Part shown: piece by piece, positions 1 to 19,242 of the stretch
Layout: each line of letters begins with the position of its first letter
How positions within the stretch are numbered: the stretch's first letter is position 1
Assembly (NCBI RefSeq): GCF_032444005.1
Contig: NC_091290.1
Coordinates: 57,722,001-57,786,000, forward strand
DNA length: 64,000 bases
Direction of reading: 5' to 3'
From: Ranitomeya imitator
Taxonomy: Eukaryota
Translations under genes and position numbers: made by a program
Notes under the pieces: generated by a model
Told to the model about the DNA's origin: nothing
Seen by the model: only the letters and a program-made list of their open reading frames with translations
The model's database searches: none

Positions 1-7200
<7,200 letters not shown>

Positions 7201-8049
7201 AAGTGCTGCTATACACCTAGGCTATAATGCAGGCCTCGCCCTCTCTGCAGGTCCAGGTGTTTAGGGTGTGGCGGTGACGTCATTGACAGCACGGATGACC
7301 GCTGCAGCCAGTCACCAAGCCCAGCAGCTCGTGCCGTCTACAGAGTCAGAGCTCAGTGATTGGCTGAATCTGTGATGTCGCCAGCGGTGGGGGTCGTGCA
7401 CCAGAGCCAGGAAGGGGGAGAACCACTCTGTTAAGGCTGCACAAGAGCATTTGGGGTCCGCTTTCCTACAAATGGCAGCCCCTTTGTTTCCGTGTTTTAT
7501 CATATGTTATCTGACCTCCCGTCTGTTCACACAAGCTGCTGTGGTGAGACATTCCCGCCTCGTGTGCCTCCAGATCCGCGGATAGCACTCGTGCCAGAAA
7601 GCGAGCCCTTACACACATTCTGCGCCTTTTCTGTAAAGGGGTGGAGTTAGTGGGGCATGGGTGTGGCCTAGTGTGCCAGCCCACGGGCCAGTAATTGTGG
7701 CGCACAGCTCCGGGCATGATTAAAGGGGTTGCCCAAAATTAAACTAACAGGCAGGAAGTTTCTATCTAGTTATTATCACCTACCTGCCTGTTCTACCCGG
7801 CACAGAACGCTCACTTACCGCTCCTGCCAGCGATTCTGCTGCTCCACATCAGAGCAGCTCTTCTTCTGGGTTCCTCTGTTGACAGGGCGTGACTGCTGAC
7901 GTCATGATGATTGACTGTCGGCTTTTTGGAGTTAGTCAGCTGTCAATCAGCATGACATTGGCAGTCACACCCATCAGCGCAGCACAAGAGAAGTAAACGT
8001 AGCGTGATATAATCCATATTTTTACTGTAGACACCACAAGGCAAAAGTG

Positions 8050-8340
8050 AAACTCCCCAGATCTCAGCCCCATTGAGAACTTGTGGTCAATCCTCCAAAT
8101 TCGGGTGGACAAACAAAACACAGAACTTGTGGTAAACTCTCTGATTATATAAGAATGAGTGTCATCAGCCAGGATTTGGCCCTGAAGCCGATATCCAGCT
8201 GTCAGGGCAGAAGTCTGGAAAACTAAGGGTCAACATTGTGAATTTTGAGTTTTTTGCATAAACTTTGTATTTGTCAATAAAAATGTAAAAACTTATGAAA
8301 TACTGATAATTGTACTTGCGTGACCATAAGTGGCTAAGTC
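8050..8340 (+). mobile_element. Degenerate Tc1 transposase C-terminal fragment
   Basis: aactccccagatctcagccccattgagaacttgtgg encodes NSPDLSPIENLW; downstream frame disrupted. Confidence 0.75.
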
Positions 8341-8526
8341 CGGGTGCAAACAAGCATATGAAAAATCATCCAAGTTTCATCCCGAAAGTTGTTGATTTTT
8401 TTCAAATTTTCATCCGTGTCCTTTTTCTACGTCCATGTGACGTCTGTGTACAATCAGTTTTCATATATCTATATTAAAAAAAAAAAAGTAGATAATAGTT
8501 TCCTCGGTTTATAATAGGAGTGTATC

Positions 8527-9295
8527 TGTTGTGAATTCTGCTTTTGGGTTCCCTCCAGTGGTTGTAGGTGGGAATGCAGTTGTCTGAGTCGCAGTCCTGG
8601 CCAGGTGTATCTGCTGATTGCAGTTCTGACTGGGATATTTAGGTGTGCAGGATTCATTAGTCCATGTCAGTTGTCAATGTTTCTTGGGAAGTATTGGACC
8701 TCTTTCTGGCTTCTCCTGCTTAGCTGCCAATTCAGCAAAGATAAGTGTCTGTTTCTTTTTCTGTGGCACACATGCTGTGTGCTTATATTCTGTGCTATTC
8801 ATTTGTTTTCTCTTGTCCAGCTTAGACTGTGTCAGTGTTTTCTCAGTCTTGTTGGATTCTCTGGAGCTGCAGATATACGCTCCACATCTTTAGTTAGATG
8901 GTGGAGTTTTTGTATTTTCTGCTGTGGATATTTTTTGGAAGGAATTTAATTCTGACCGCTTAGTATCCTGTCATATCCTTTCCTATTTTAGCTAGTGTGT
9001 CCTCTTTTGCTAAATCCTGTTTCCTGCCTGCGTGTGTCTTTTCCTCTACTACTCACAGTCATTATTTGTGGGGGGCTGCCTATTCTTTGGGGTTCTGCTC
9101 TGAGGCAAGGTAGAATTCCTATTTCCATCTTTAGGGGTATTTAGTCCTCCGGCTGTGACGAGGTGTCTAGGATTTGTTAGGTACACCCCACGGCTACTTC
9201 TAGTTGCGGTGTTAAGATCAGGGTTTGCGGTCAGTATAGTACCATCTACTCCAGTGATAGTTTTCATGCTGCTCCAAGGTCACCTGATCATAACA
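8527..9295. mobile_element. Solo LTR (Gypsy-like)
   Basis: TGTTGTGAATT...ATCATAACA termini; tgtatc on both flanks; related to the LTR at 13215-13838. Confidence 0.8.
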
Positions 9296-10109
9296 TGTAT
9301 CTGTAAAAATCGGAAGCCACTTGGATGTTTTGTGTGGGATCCGGTTTATTTTTACGCACCCATAGACTTGAATAGATGAGTCTTATCCATGATTTGGAAG
9401 AGGTTAGTGCATGCTGCAATTTTTTTTTTCTTTTCTGTTTGACCGAAAAAAGTAAATGTTCGTATGACTATTCCTATTGACTATCATTGGCCAGTGTGCT
9501 ATCCTTTTGTTATCCCATAAAAAAATCAAACAGCATATGTCCTTCTTAGGGCTCATACTCATTTGTGAGAAAAAAAGGTCCGATTTCTGGACAGAAAAAA
9601 CGGACAAGTGCTATGCGAGTGTCATGCGATTTCCGTTTGATTTTTTTTCCTCGGAACATCCGTATGACATGCGTATGCAATACAATTTTACCATGAGGTT
9701 TTACATACAGCACTTATCTGTATGTAAAAGCTCATGTTAAAATCGCATTGTAAAATACAACTGTACCAATCGTTTTAAAACCAAATAATATATATATATT
9801 AGATTAAAAGCCAGCAGATGCCGCATGCAGTAAAGGATAGGGTAGAATAGATAGAATTGAAATATGCACATAGTATAGGTAGGTGTGTGTGTATATATGT
9901 GTGTGTGTATATATATATATATGTGTATATATATATATAGATAGATAGATAGGAAAAAAAATGAGTGCAGCACAACGCTCACCAATGGGTGCCAGGCCTC
10001 CTGGAAAAGACCATCCTCATGTCCATCCAAGTAATATACCAAACAAAAAACGGAAGGCAGCACTCCAATGGATAATGAAGGTGAAAAAAGCTGTGAAGTT
10101 TATTTCAGA

Positions 10110-10160
10110 CCCACATCTCGCGACGTTTTGGCTCGCACTGAGCCTTTCTCAAGCAGTGGG
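10110..10160 (-). ncRNA. Minimal type I hammerhead ribozyme motif (U3-A8 variant, G12A)
   Basis: Reverse complement of 12595-12645, in the left PLE arm. Confidence 0.7.
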
Positions 10161-10794
10161 TGGTAACAAGTTGTGTCCTTATATACATATACCGTACAAT
10201 CATTTACATAGTAAATAGCCATATATATGTTTACATATATTGTGATAAGTTTTACATTATACTTAATAAACGCTCCATATGTTACTTTGGTGTATAAAAG
10301 TGCAATGTGCTAAGGTGCTTAAGACTCTTCTTACTTCCACATTCCCATTGATATTTCTGCTTTTGCGGCATTCTCTCATATATATGTAAAGATTCTTACC
10401 CGCTAATATTAATAAAATATAGTGCTTACCCCGCTGGACAGATTGTATCACATGGAGGACTGTATCGCCGCTAAATTCGGCGTTCTCTAGAGTTTACTGC
10501 GCATGTCAGAGCCTCCCATATCCATGTGGTGTGGAGCCAGCCAGTGAGATTACAAGCGCTCCTTCCTTCTGCCTGCGCGTGCGCATAGGAGCTATGTCCG
10601 CCCCACGCCTCCATCTTAGTTGTGGCAATGCCACCCTCTGTGTTATACAGCGGAGCTCTTTCACAATTGTTCCTCCGCACTTTAAAGTTATTTTTATGTA
10701 TGTAGATACTCATTGGGTAATTCCTATTAATCACTTTCAGCTAGCAGGACAGCACCTTATTCAGGCTGTCTCCCGCTGCTGATGGGCTTCTACC

Positions 10795-11505
10795 TTGTCC
10801 CGTGACCTTCTCAGATCACACAGTCTCCGTAGTAAGACCCATATAAGTGTACTCTTATTATGCCCAGTATCTCTAATAGAAAGAAACTTTGTGGTGATTA
10901 GGAAACATTGGGGTATGTTGGGCAAATGCCTCCCAAATATCAAGGAATTTAGGGAACCCCCACTCTTTTCATACCGCAGAAATAAAAATCTTGGAGACCA
11001 TATGGTAAAGTCAGATATTGGTTCCTTTAAAAATATTGTCCAACCCACAATTATAGGAAATAAACAACATGGCTGTTTCCCATGCCTATCATGCATAAAT
11101 TGTAAACATATGCTTAAGGGATCTAGCTTTAAACATCCAGTTACGAACAAACAATATACAATTCGTGAATACCTTACGTGTAACTCGGACCATGTCATAT
11201 ATTTATTGGAATGTCCCTGCAAATTGTGGTATGTGGGGGAAACGACATGCGAATTTAAAACCCGTATAAACAATCATCGTCACTCAATTAGGAAGCGAAG
11301 ACAAGATCTTCCGGTGTCGAAACACTTTTTAGATTTTAATCATACGGAAAAAGATTTAAAATTCAGAATAATAGATAGAGTTCCAGCCCAAAGAAGAGGG
11401 GGAGACAGAATGAGCCTTTTAAAAAAATTGGAACTCCGTTGGATCTATGAGTTAGACACATTAAAGCCGAAAGGCTTAAATGTAGAGTTTAAGATCCATT
11501 TTTAA
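10795..11505 (+). CDS. PLE linker, Cys/His zinc-binding region and GIY-YIG endonuclease (236-aa ORF; first ~32 codons come from the inverted arm)
   Basis: IRKHW...SYRRNKNLGD linker, CxxCxxC, VIYLLECPCKLWYVGET, KTRINNH, ELRWIYELDTLKPKGLN; no RT domain present. Confidence 0.85.
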   Translation: MSRDLLRSHSLRSKTHISVLLLCPVSLIERNFVVIRKHWGMLGKCLPNIKEFREPPLFSYRRNKNLGDHMVKSDIGSFKNIVQPTIIGNKQHGCFPCLSCINCKHMLKGSSFKHPVTNKQYTIREYLTCNSDHVIYLLECPCKLWYVGETTCEFKTRINNHRHSIRKRRQDLPVSKHFLDFNHTEKDLKFRIIDRVPAQRRGGDRMSLLKKLELRWIYELDTLKPKGLNVEFKIHF

Positions 11506-12594
11506 ATGGTCCTTCCTTAAAGGGAAATGCTCAGTTGAATTAGTTGTATATACACTCCGGTTGTTAATATGGATCATGCAGAATGAAGACTGTTCTACTG
11601 CTCCTATTTTAATAAGTGTTATGTTTGTATTTTTTTAGATGTATCTCCACTCCCAGTGAAAAGGGTCCTTGCCCGGCTGTAAACGGATTGGAAGTTCACA
11701 GAGGAGGACACAGTTATCAATTTACTTTAATTTCTACATATATATTCTTTTAAAAAAAAATTTTTTCCCATGCTCATTTGATGTGGTTTTGCTGGCCAGT
11801 TGAGATTGTTTATATTTGAATCAATAAATATGAAATTAGCATTTAACTCTGTGTATATTGGAAGGAAGTTTCTTTCTATTAGAGATACTTGGCATAATAA
11901 GAGTACACTTATATGGGTCTTACTACGGAGACTGTGTGATCTGAGAAGGTCACGGGACAAGGTAGAAGCCCATCAGCAGCGGGAGACAGCCTGAATAAGG
12001 TGCTGTCCTGCTAGCTGAAAGTGATTAATAGGAATTACCCAATGAGTATCTACATACATAAAAATAACTTTAAAGTGCAGAGGAACAATTGTGAAAGAGC
12101 TCCGCTGTATAACACAGAGGGTGGCATTGCCACAACTAAGATGGAGGCGTGGGGCGGACATAGCTCCTATGCGCACGCGCAGGCAGAAGGAAGGAGCGCT
12201 TGTAATCTCACTGGCTGGCTCCACACCACGTGGATATGGGAGGCTCTGACATGCGCAGTAAACTCTAGAGAACGCCGAATTTAGCGGCGATACAGTCCTC
12301 CATGTGATACAATCTGTCCAGCGGGGTAAGCACTATATTTTATTAATATTAGCGGGTAAGAATCTTTACATATATATGAGAGAATGCCGCAAAAGCAGAA
12401 ATATCAATGGGAATGTGGAAGTAAGAAGAGTCTTAAGCACCTTAGCACATTGCACTTGTATACACCAAAGTAACATATGGAGCGTTTATTAAGTATAATG
12501 TAAAACTTATCACAATATATGTAAACATATATATGGCTATTTACTATGTAAATGATTGTACGGTATATGTATATAAGGACACAACTTGTTACCA

Positions 12595-12645
12595 CCCACT
12601 GCTTGAGAAAGGCTCAGTGCGAGCCAAAACGTCGCGAGATGTGGG
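12595..12645 (+). ncRNA. Minimal type I hammerhead ribozyme motif (U3-A8 variant, G12A)
   Basis: cccac-t-gc UUGAGAA a ggctc(agtgc)gagcc AAAA cg UC gc-gagat-gtggg: core, 5-bp stem II, palindromic ACGU stem III, GUC site, stem I. GAAA reads AAAA. Confidence 0.7.
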
Positions 12646-12714
12646 TCTGAAATAAACTTCACAGCTTTTTTCACCTTCATTATCCATTGGAGTGCTGCCT
12701 TCCGTTTTTTGTTT

Positions 12715-12717
<3 letters not shown>

Positions 12718-12775
<58 letters not shown>
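12718..12775. repeat. (TA)n microsatellite
   Basis: Pure TA run between the PLE end and a Tc1 end. Confidence 0.95.
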
Positions 12776-12777
<2 letters not shown>

Positions 12778-14130
12778 TCAAAAAAATAAAGGGAACACTA
12801 AAATCCCACATCCTATATATCGCTGAATGTAATATTCCAGTTGTAAATCTTTATTCATTGCATAGTGGAATGTGTTGGGAACAATAAAACCTAAAAATGA
12901 TGACTGTAAATCACAGCTAATATCCAAATCAAAGTGGAAAATGAAGTTACAGGCTGATCCAACTTCAGTGGAAATGCCTCAAGACAAGGAAATGATGCTC
13001 AGTATTGTGTGTGGCCTCCATGTGCCTGTATGATCTCCCTACACCACCTGGGCATGCTCCTGATGAAGCGGCGGATGGTCTCCTGAGGCATCTTCTCCCA
13101 GACCTGGACTAAAGCATCCGCCAACTCCTGGACAGTCTGTGGTGCAACGTGACGTTGGTGGATGGTGCAAGACATGATGTCCCAGATATGTTCAATGGGA
13201 TTCAGGTCTGGGGATGTTGTGAATTCCGCTCTTGGGCTCCCTCTTGTGGTTTCTAGTGGTATGGCTGCTCCTTGGAGTTAGCTGACCAGTTCAGCAAAGC
13301 TAAGTTTTTGCTTGCGCTTTTCTGTTCACAGATTGTGGACTTATCCGTTCAGTGCTTTCTATGTTTGTCCAGCGTTATCAGTATGAATTAATTCTGTCTT
13401 GCTGGAAGCTCTGGGAAGCAGATTTGCCCTCCACACCTTTAGTCAGGTGTGGAGACTTTTTTTGTAAACTCTGCGTGGATTTTTGTAGTGTTTTATACTG
13501 ACCGCACAGTATTCCATCCTGTCCTATCTATCAAGCTAGACTGGCCTCCTGTGCTCATCCTGGTTTCATTCTGTGTATGTCTTTTCCCTCTCCACTCACA
13601 GTCATTATTTGTGGGGGGCTAATCTATCCTTTGGGGATTTTCTCTGAGGCAAGATAGTTTTCCTGCTTCTGTCTTTAGGGGTAGTTAGCTCTTAGGCTGG
13701 GACGAGATGCCTAGGGAGAGTTAGGAGCATTCCACGGCTACTTCTAGTGTTGTGTTGAGCTTAGGGACTGCGGTCAGTACAGTTACCACGTCCTTCAGAG
13801 CTCGTTCCATGTTGCTCCTAGACCACCGCATCATAACAGGGGAACGTTCGGGCCAGTCCGTAGCTTCAATGCCTTCATCTTGCAGGAACTGCTGATACAC
13901 TCCAGCCACATGAGGTCTGGCATTGTCCTGCATTAGGAGGAACCCAGGGCCAACCGCACCAGCATATGGTCTCACAAGGGGTCTGAGGATCTCATCTCGG
14001 TACCTAATGGCAGTCAGGCTACCTCTGGCGAGCACATGGAGGGCTGTGCGGCCCTACAAAGAAATGCCACCCCACACCATTACTGACCCACTGCCAAACC
14101 GGTCATGCTGAAGGATGTTGCAGGCAGCAA
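12776..14130 (-). mobile_element. Truncated Tc1 element interrupted by a solo LTR
   Basis: Terminal ctcaaaaaaataaagggaacact; transposase peptide LLMQDNARPHVAG...WPERSP continues beyond the LTR insertion. Confidence 0.85.
13215..13838. mobile_element. Solo LTR inserted in Tc1 transposase
   Basis: TGTTGTGAATT...CATAACA with 5-bp TSD gggga (13210-13214 / 13839-13843). Confidence 0.9.
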
Positions 14131-14169
14131 CAGTTTTCACAGAACATTATGTTCAGTGATGAGGCAAAC

Positions 14170-14620
14170 TTTTTTGGCTGGGCCATTTATATGGATACAC
14201 CTAAATAATATGGGAATGGTGACAGTTTTCTTGCGTAGGCTGTTGCATTGAAGTCTGCTGCGATGACCCGGGTACTGCATTCACCAGACATCAACACAAT
14301 TTCTGTCCGCTCCTCATGTGTTAACCTCTGCGATATGTTAATGGCTGTAAACAAAGAGAAACTTGTAAATAACTCACGAAAGAATAAAGTTACGTTAAAA
14401 CCAAGCACACCATTGTTTTTCTTCTGAAAATCTCAATAAGTTTCACATGACCCTCTTCTCATTGGAAAAAATAAAGTTGGATCCAAAATGGCCACCATTG
14501 TCACCACCCATCTTGAAAAGTTTTCCCGCCCCATATACTAACGTGCCAAACACAGGAGGTTGATATCACCAATCATTCCCATTTGATTTAGGTGTATCCA
14601 TATATGTGGCCCACCCTGTA
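14170..14620. mobile_element. Tc1/mariner-type MITE
   Basis: Imperfect TIRs gggccatttatatggatacacctaaat / atttaggtgtatccatatatgtggcccaccctgta. Confidence 0.6.
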
Positions 14621-14884
14621 CATTGCTATGTCTAGGATGGATTCCTATATATATATAAATCTCACATCATTTCAGATATACTCCTTACTAGGTAAAGTGT
14701 AGAGACTGCCCTAATATTCATATGATTAGTCAGTATGAACTGAATAATTTACATAGAATAAACCTGACTGCAGTTATGTAAGGCCTTAGATGCATGCATA
14801 CTGTATGTCTGGCTGAAACTGACATCAATACACTTATAGCACATATAAGATTTCAATTAATGTTGTAAATCACATGAAATAACT

Positions 14885-15398
14885 TAATAATAAATAATAA
14901 TTTTATTTATATAGCGCCAACATATTCCGCAGCGCATTACAAATTATAGAGGGGATTTGTGCAGACAATAGACATTACAGCATAACACAAATCACAGTTC
15001 AAAATAGATACCAAGAGGAATGAGGGCCCTGCTCGCAAGCTTACAAACTGAGGAAAAGGGGAGACACGAGAGGTGGATGGTAACAATTGCTTTCGTTGTT
15101 TGGACCGGCCATAGTGTAAGGCTCAGGTGTTCATGTAAAGCTGCATGAACCAGTTAACTGCCTAAGTATGTAGCAGTACAGACACAGAGGGCTAATAACT
15201 GCATAAAGTGTATGAGAACATGTTGCGAGGAACCTGATTATGTTTCTTTTTTGTTTTTTTGAATGGGCCACACAGGGATAGTTAGGTTAATACATTGAGG
15301 CGGTAGGCCAATCTGAACAAATGAGTGTTTAGGGCACGCTTAAAACTGTGGGGATTAATCGTATTAACCTAGGTAGTGCATTTCAAAGAATCGGCGCA
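14885..15398 (-). mobile_element. L2 (CR1/L2 clade) LINE 3' end
   Basis: Reverse-complement homolog of 16576-17083, including the (TAA)n tail. Confidence 0.85.
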
Positions 15399-17083
15399 TC
15401 TCTAAACTTCTCGAACGCCTGGTCCACTCCCGTCTTACCCGCTATCTCTCAGATAACTCTCTTCTCGATTCTCTTCAATCTGGTTTCCGATCTTTACACT
15501 CTACTGAAACTGCCCTCACTAAAGTCTCTAATGACCTACTAACAGCTAAATCTAATGGTCACTACTCCATGCTAATTCTCTTGGATCTCTCTGCAGCATT
15601 CGACACTGTGGATCATCAGCTCCTCCTCACTATGCTCCGCTCCATCGGCCTCAAGGACACCGTTCTCTCCTGGTTCTCCTCCTATCTCTCTGACCGATCC
15701 TTCACTGTATGTTTTGCTGGTTCCTCCTCCTCTCACCTTCCCCTTACTGTTGGGGTTCCTCAAGGATCAGTCTTAGGTCCCCTCCTCTTCTCTTTGTATA
15801 CTGCTCCTATTGGACAAACAATCAGTAGATTTGGTTTCCAGTACCATCTCTATGCTGACGATACCCAATTATACACCTCTTCTCCTGATACCACACCGAC
15901 CTTTTTACTAAACACCAGTGATTGTCTTACCACTGTCTCTAACATCATGTCCTCCCTCTATCTGAAACTGAACCTGTCAAAAACTGAACTCCTCGTGTTT
16001 TCACCCTCTATTAACCTACCTTTGCCTGACATCTCCGTGTGCGGTTCCACCATTACTCCCAAGCAACATGCCCGCTGCCTTGGGGTCATACTTGATTCAG
16101 AGCTTTCATTCACCCCCCCACATCCGATCACTGGCTCGCTCTTCTTATCTGCACCTCAAATACATTTCTAGAATTCGCCCTTTTCTTACTTTCGACTCTG
16201 CAAAAACTCTTACTGTTTCACTTATTCATTCTTGTCTGGACTATTGTAACTCTCTACTAATCGACCTCCCCCTTACAAAACTTTCCCCGCTCCAATCTGT
16301 CCTGAATGCTGCTGCCAGGATCATATTCCTCACAACCGTTACACCGATGCCTCTACCTTGTGCCAGTCATTACACTGGCTACCCATCCACTCCAGAATCC
16401 ACAACAAAACTGCTACCCTCATCCACAAAGTAGTGCATGGCTCAGCACCACCCTACATATCCTCTCTGGTCTCAGTTTACCACCCTTCCCGTGCCCTCCG
16501 TTCTGCTAATGACCTCAGGTTAGCATCCTCAATAATCAGAACCTCCCACTCCCGTCTCCAAGACTTTACACGTGCTGCGCCGATTCTTTGGAATGCACTT
16601 CCCAAGTTAATACGATTAATCCCCAATCCCCACAGTTTTAAGCGTGCCCTGAAAACGCATTTGTGCAGATTGGCCTACCGCCTCAATGCATTAACCTAAC
16701 TGTCCCCGTGTGGCTCATTCAAAAAAACAATCGGGTTCCTCGCAACATGTTCTCATACACTTTATGCAGTTAATAGCCCTCTGTGTCTGTACTGCTACAT
16801 ACTTAGGCAGTTAACTGGTTCATGCAGCTTTACATGAACACCCGAACATTACACTATGGCCAGTCCGAATAACTAAAGCAATTGTTACCATCCACCTCTC
16901 GTGTCTCCCCTTTTCCTCATAGTCTGTAAGCTTGCGAGCAGGGCCCTCATTCCTCTTGGTATCTGTTTTGAACTGTGATTTCTGTTATGCTGTAATGTCT
17001 ATTGTCTGTACAAGTCCCCTCTATAATTTGTAAAGCGCTGCGGAATATGTTGACGCTATATAAATAAAAATTATTATTATTAT
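15399..17083 (+). mobile_element. 5'-truncated L2 LINE, RT domain with frameshifts plus 3' UTR
   Basis: [48 protein letters not shown] spread over three frames; ends aataaaaattattattattat. Confidence 0.92.
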
Positions 17084-17503
17084 AGCTTGCCTGCCCTGAA
17101 CTGAAAGCCTACTCTCAGTAACCTTGTGTGCAGTTTATAAGATGGGAGAGGAGAAAGAGAGAGAGAGACAAGGACCCACCTCCAGGTCCTTCAATGAACC
17201 AATACACTTTACATAGATAGCTGATGGCCGAATAGCTATTTCTCACAGATCAGGTATTTACATGCACATTTGACCTTACTTGTATGTTTTTTCCAATAGA
17301 CTACAGTGAAAAAGCGTTATTTTCTAAAGGAATTAATGAATTGGCATGTTGAAATCCAACATGCCCCATCCTTCTTACCACTGATGTTTGCTATTGAGGA
17401 AGAAGTGTTGAATGGCCACCATAAACATGAGTATGACAGCAATCCATGATCACTACAACACTTTCTCTAATGCAAGTCCTCATTAAATTCCTTCTGTAGT
17501 ACT

Positions 17504-17645
17504 ATATCTTGGTACCGTGTTAGCCAGTGGATAGAAAAATATTTAGACCTGTGTAGTCTCGAAAGCTTGCAATTTGTTACCATCTTTTCAGTTTGCCATT
17601 AAAAGGTATCAACCACTGAGGACTCTCAATTCTAAATATTTTTCT
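17504..17645 (+). mobile_element. Miniature PLE-derived insertion with inverted 5' segment and 12-bp TSD
   Basis: TSD ttctgtagtact (17492-17503 / 17642-17653); 15-bp IR (17533-17547 / 17631-17645); 3' half of a hammerhead (agac ctgtgta gtct cGAAAgctt). Confidence 0.65.
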
Positions 17646-17724
17646 GTAGTACTTTCACTTTTCAGTTTCACTTCAAAGTGATCACCCAACCATCTAATAG
17701 GACTACTAATGGGATGGGAGGGAC

Positions 17725-18520
17725 AAATCTGCTAAGGGAAGTACTGGAGGAACAAATGTAGTTAGGAAAGGACTGGAGCTACATGTCTACTAAGAGAGGG
17801 TCTGAAGGAACACATCTACTAAGGAAAGACTGAAGGAACACATCTGCTAAGGGAAGGACTAGAGGAACACGTCTAAAAAGGAAAGGACTGGAGGATCAAA
17901 TCTAGTGAGGAAAGGACTGGAGGAACACATCTAGTAAGGAAACTACTGGAAAAACACATCTAATAAGGAAAGAACTGGAGGACCACGTCTACTAAGAGAA
18001 GGTTTGGAGGAACACGTCTACTAAGGAAAGACTGGAGGAACACGTCTACTAAGTGTAGGACTGGAGGAACACATCTACTAAGGAAAGGACTGGAGGAACA
18101 CATATACTAAGGAAAGAACTGGAGGACCACGTCTACTAAGAGAAGGTCTAGAGGAACACGTCTACTAAGGAAAGACTGGAGGAACACGTCTACTAAGTGT
18201 AGGACTGGAGAAACACATCTACTAAGGAAAGGACTGGAGGAACACATATACTCAGGGAAGGACTGGAGTAACATGTTTACTAAGGGAAAGACAGGAGGAA
18301 CACGTATACTAAGCAAAGGACTGGAGGAACACGTATACTAAGCAAAGGACTGGAGGAACACATCTACTAAGGAATGGACTGGAGGAACATGTCTACTAAG
18401 AAAAGCACTGTGGGAACACAACTACTAAGGAAAGGACTGGAGGAACACTTCTACTAAGGAAAACACTAGAGGACACCTCTACTAAGGAAACAACTGTAGG
18501 AACAAGTCCACTAAGGGAAA
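17725..18520. repeat. ~28-29-bp purine-rich minisatellite (ctaaggaaaggactggaggaacacatcta)
   Basis: Diverged tandem copies visible directly. Confidence 0.9.
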
Positions 18521-19242
18521 GATGGCATCTATTGAACAATATAGTTATTTAAGGTGCCATAAGGCAGCACACATAGTGCCTACTGCTCCATTATTCAGAC
18601 ATCTAAAGCGTTTAATATGCCTCCTTTTAGGCTGTGTCTTAAATATGAAATCTTACCAATATACCCAACAAAATGTTTTTTTTCCAAGCCAACTCTCATC
18701 TTCACAGTCTCCGCAACCACCAGTCTTTCAAGCATCCCACACTTCCATGCATTCACCTGAAAATAGGAAGCTTTGAAGTGCTTTTGGAAATCTTTTCTGT
18801 CTTGAACTTTCCAACCGCGAGGAATTTTAATTTATGGCTTTCATTGGCACACAATGATTGTAAGGCTCAGTTTTGACTTTGAAAATTAAAGGATTTCTCT
18901 GGTAATTGTGTTTATTTTGATTTTCTATCAGCAATTTACCATATTAGAATTTAGGAATGTTGTAAATATTTGGCTTTCAATGGGCACAATCAGGTATTTT
19001 CCTGGGGTGCTGGGAACTGGACCCAAGCGATCATCTCATGAAACAACCACTTTAATGGGTTAATACTTTACTGGAAGAAGAGTTTAATCTTGTTTGCTGG
19101 TGAGATACTGTACATGGGGCTAGGGTAGTGAATAGCAAATACACATACAATGAGAAAAATAAATCCCAAAGAAAAAACAGCTCCTTGTCTAATTGTTCAT
19201 TTGTCTCTCGTCCTTTTGGAATAATCTTTCCCTTGAGACTAA

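Larger units (their letters stand above)
9960..12717 (+). mobile_element. 5'-truncated Penelope-like (Neptune-type) retroelement with inverted 5' pseudo-LTR
   Basis: 852-bp near-identical inverted arms (10038-10889 / 11866-12717) around a GIY-YIG endonuclease fragment; left arm has ~80 nt extra tail; TA/GATA microsatellites on both flanks. Confidence 0.9.

Noticed and set aside
7312-7717. Short ORFs next to the promoter
   Set aside because: No recognisable domain or splice pattern.
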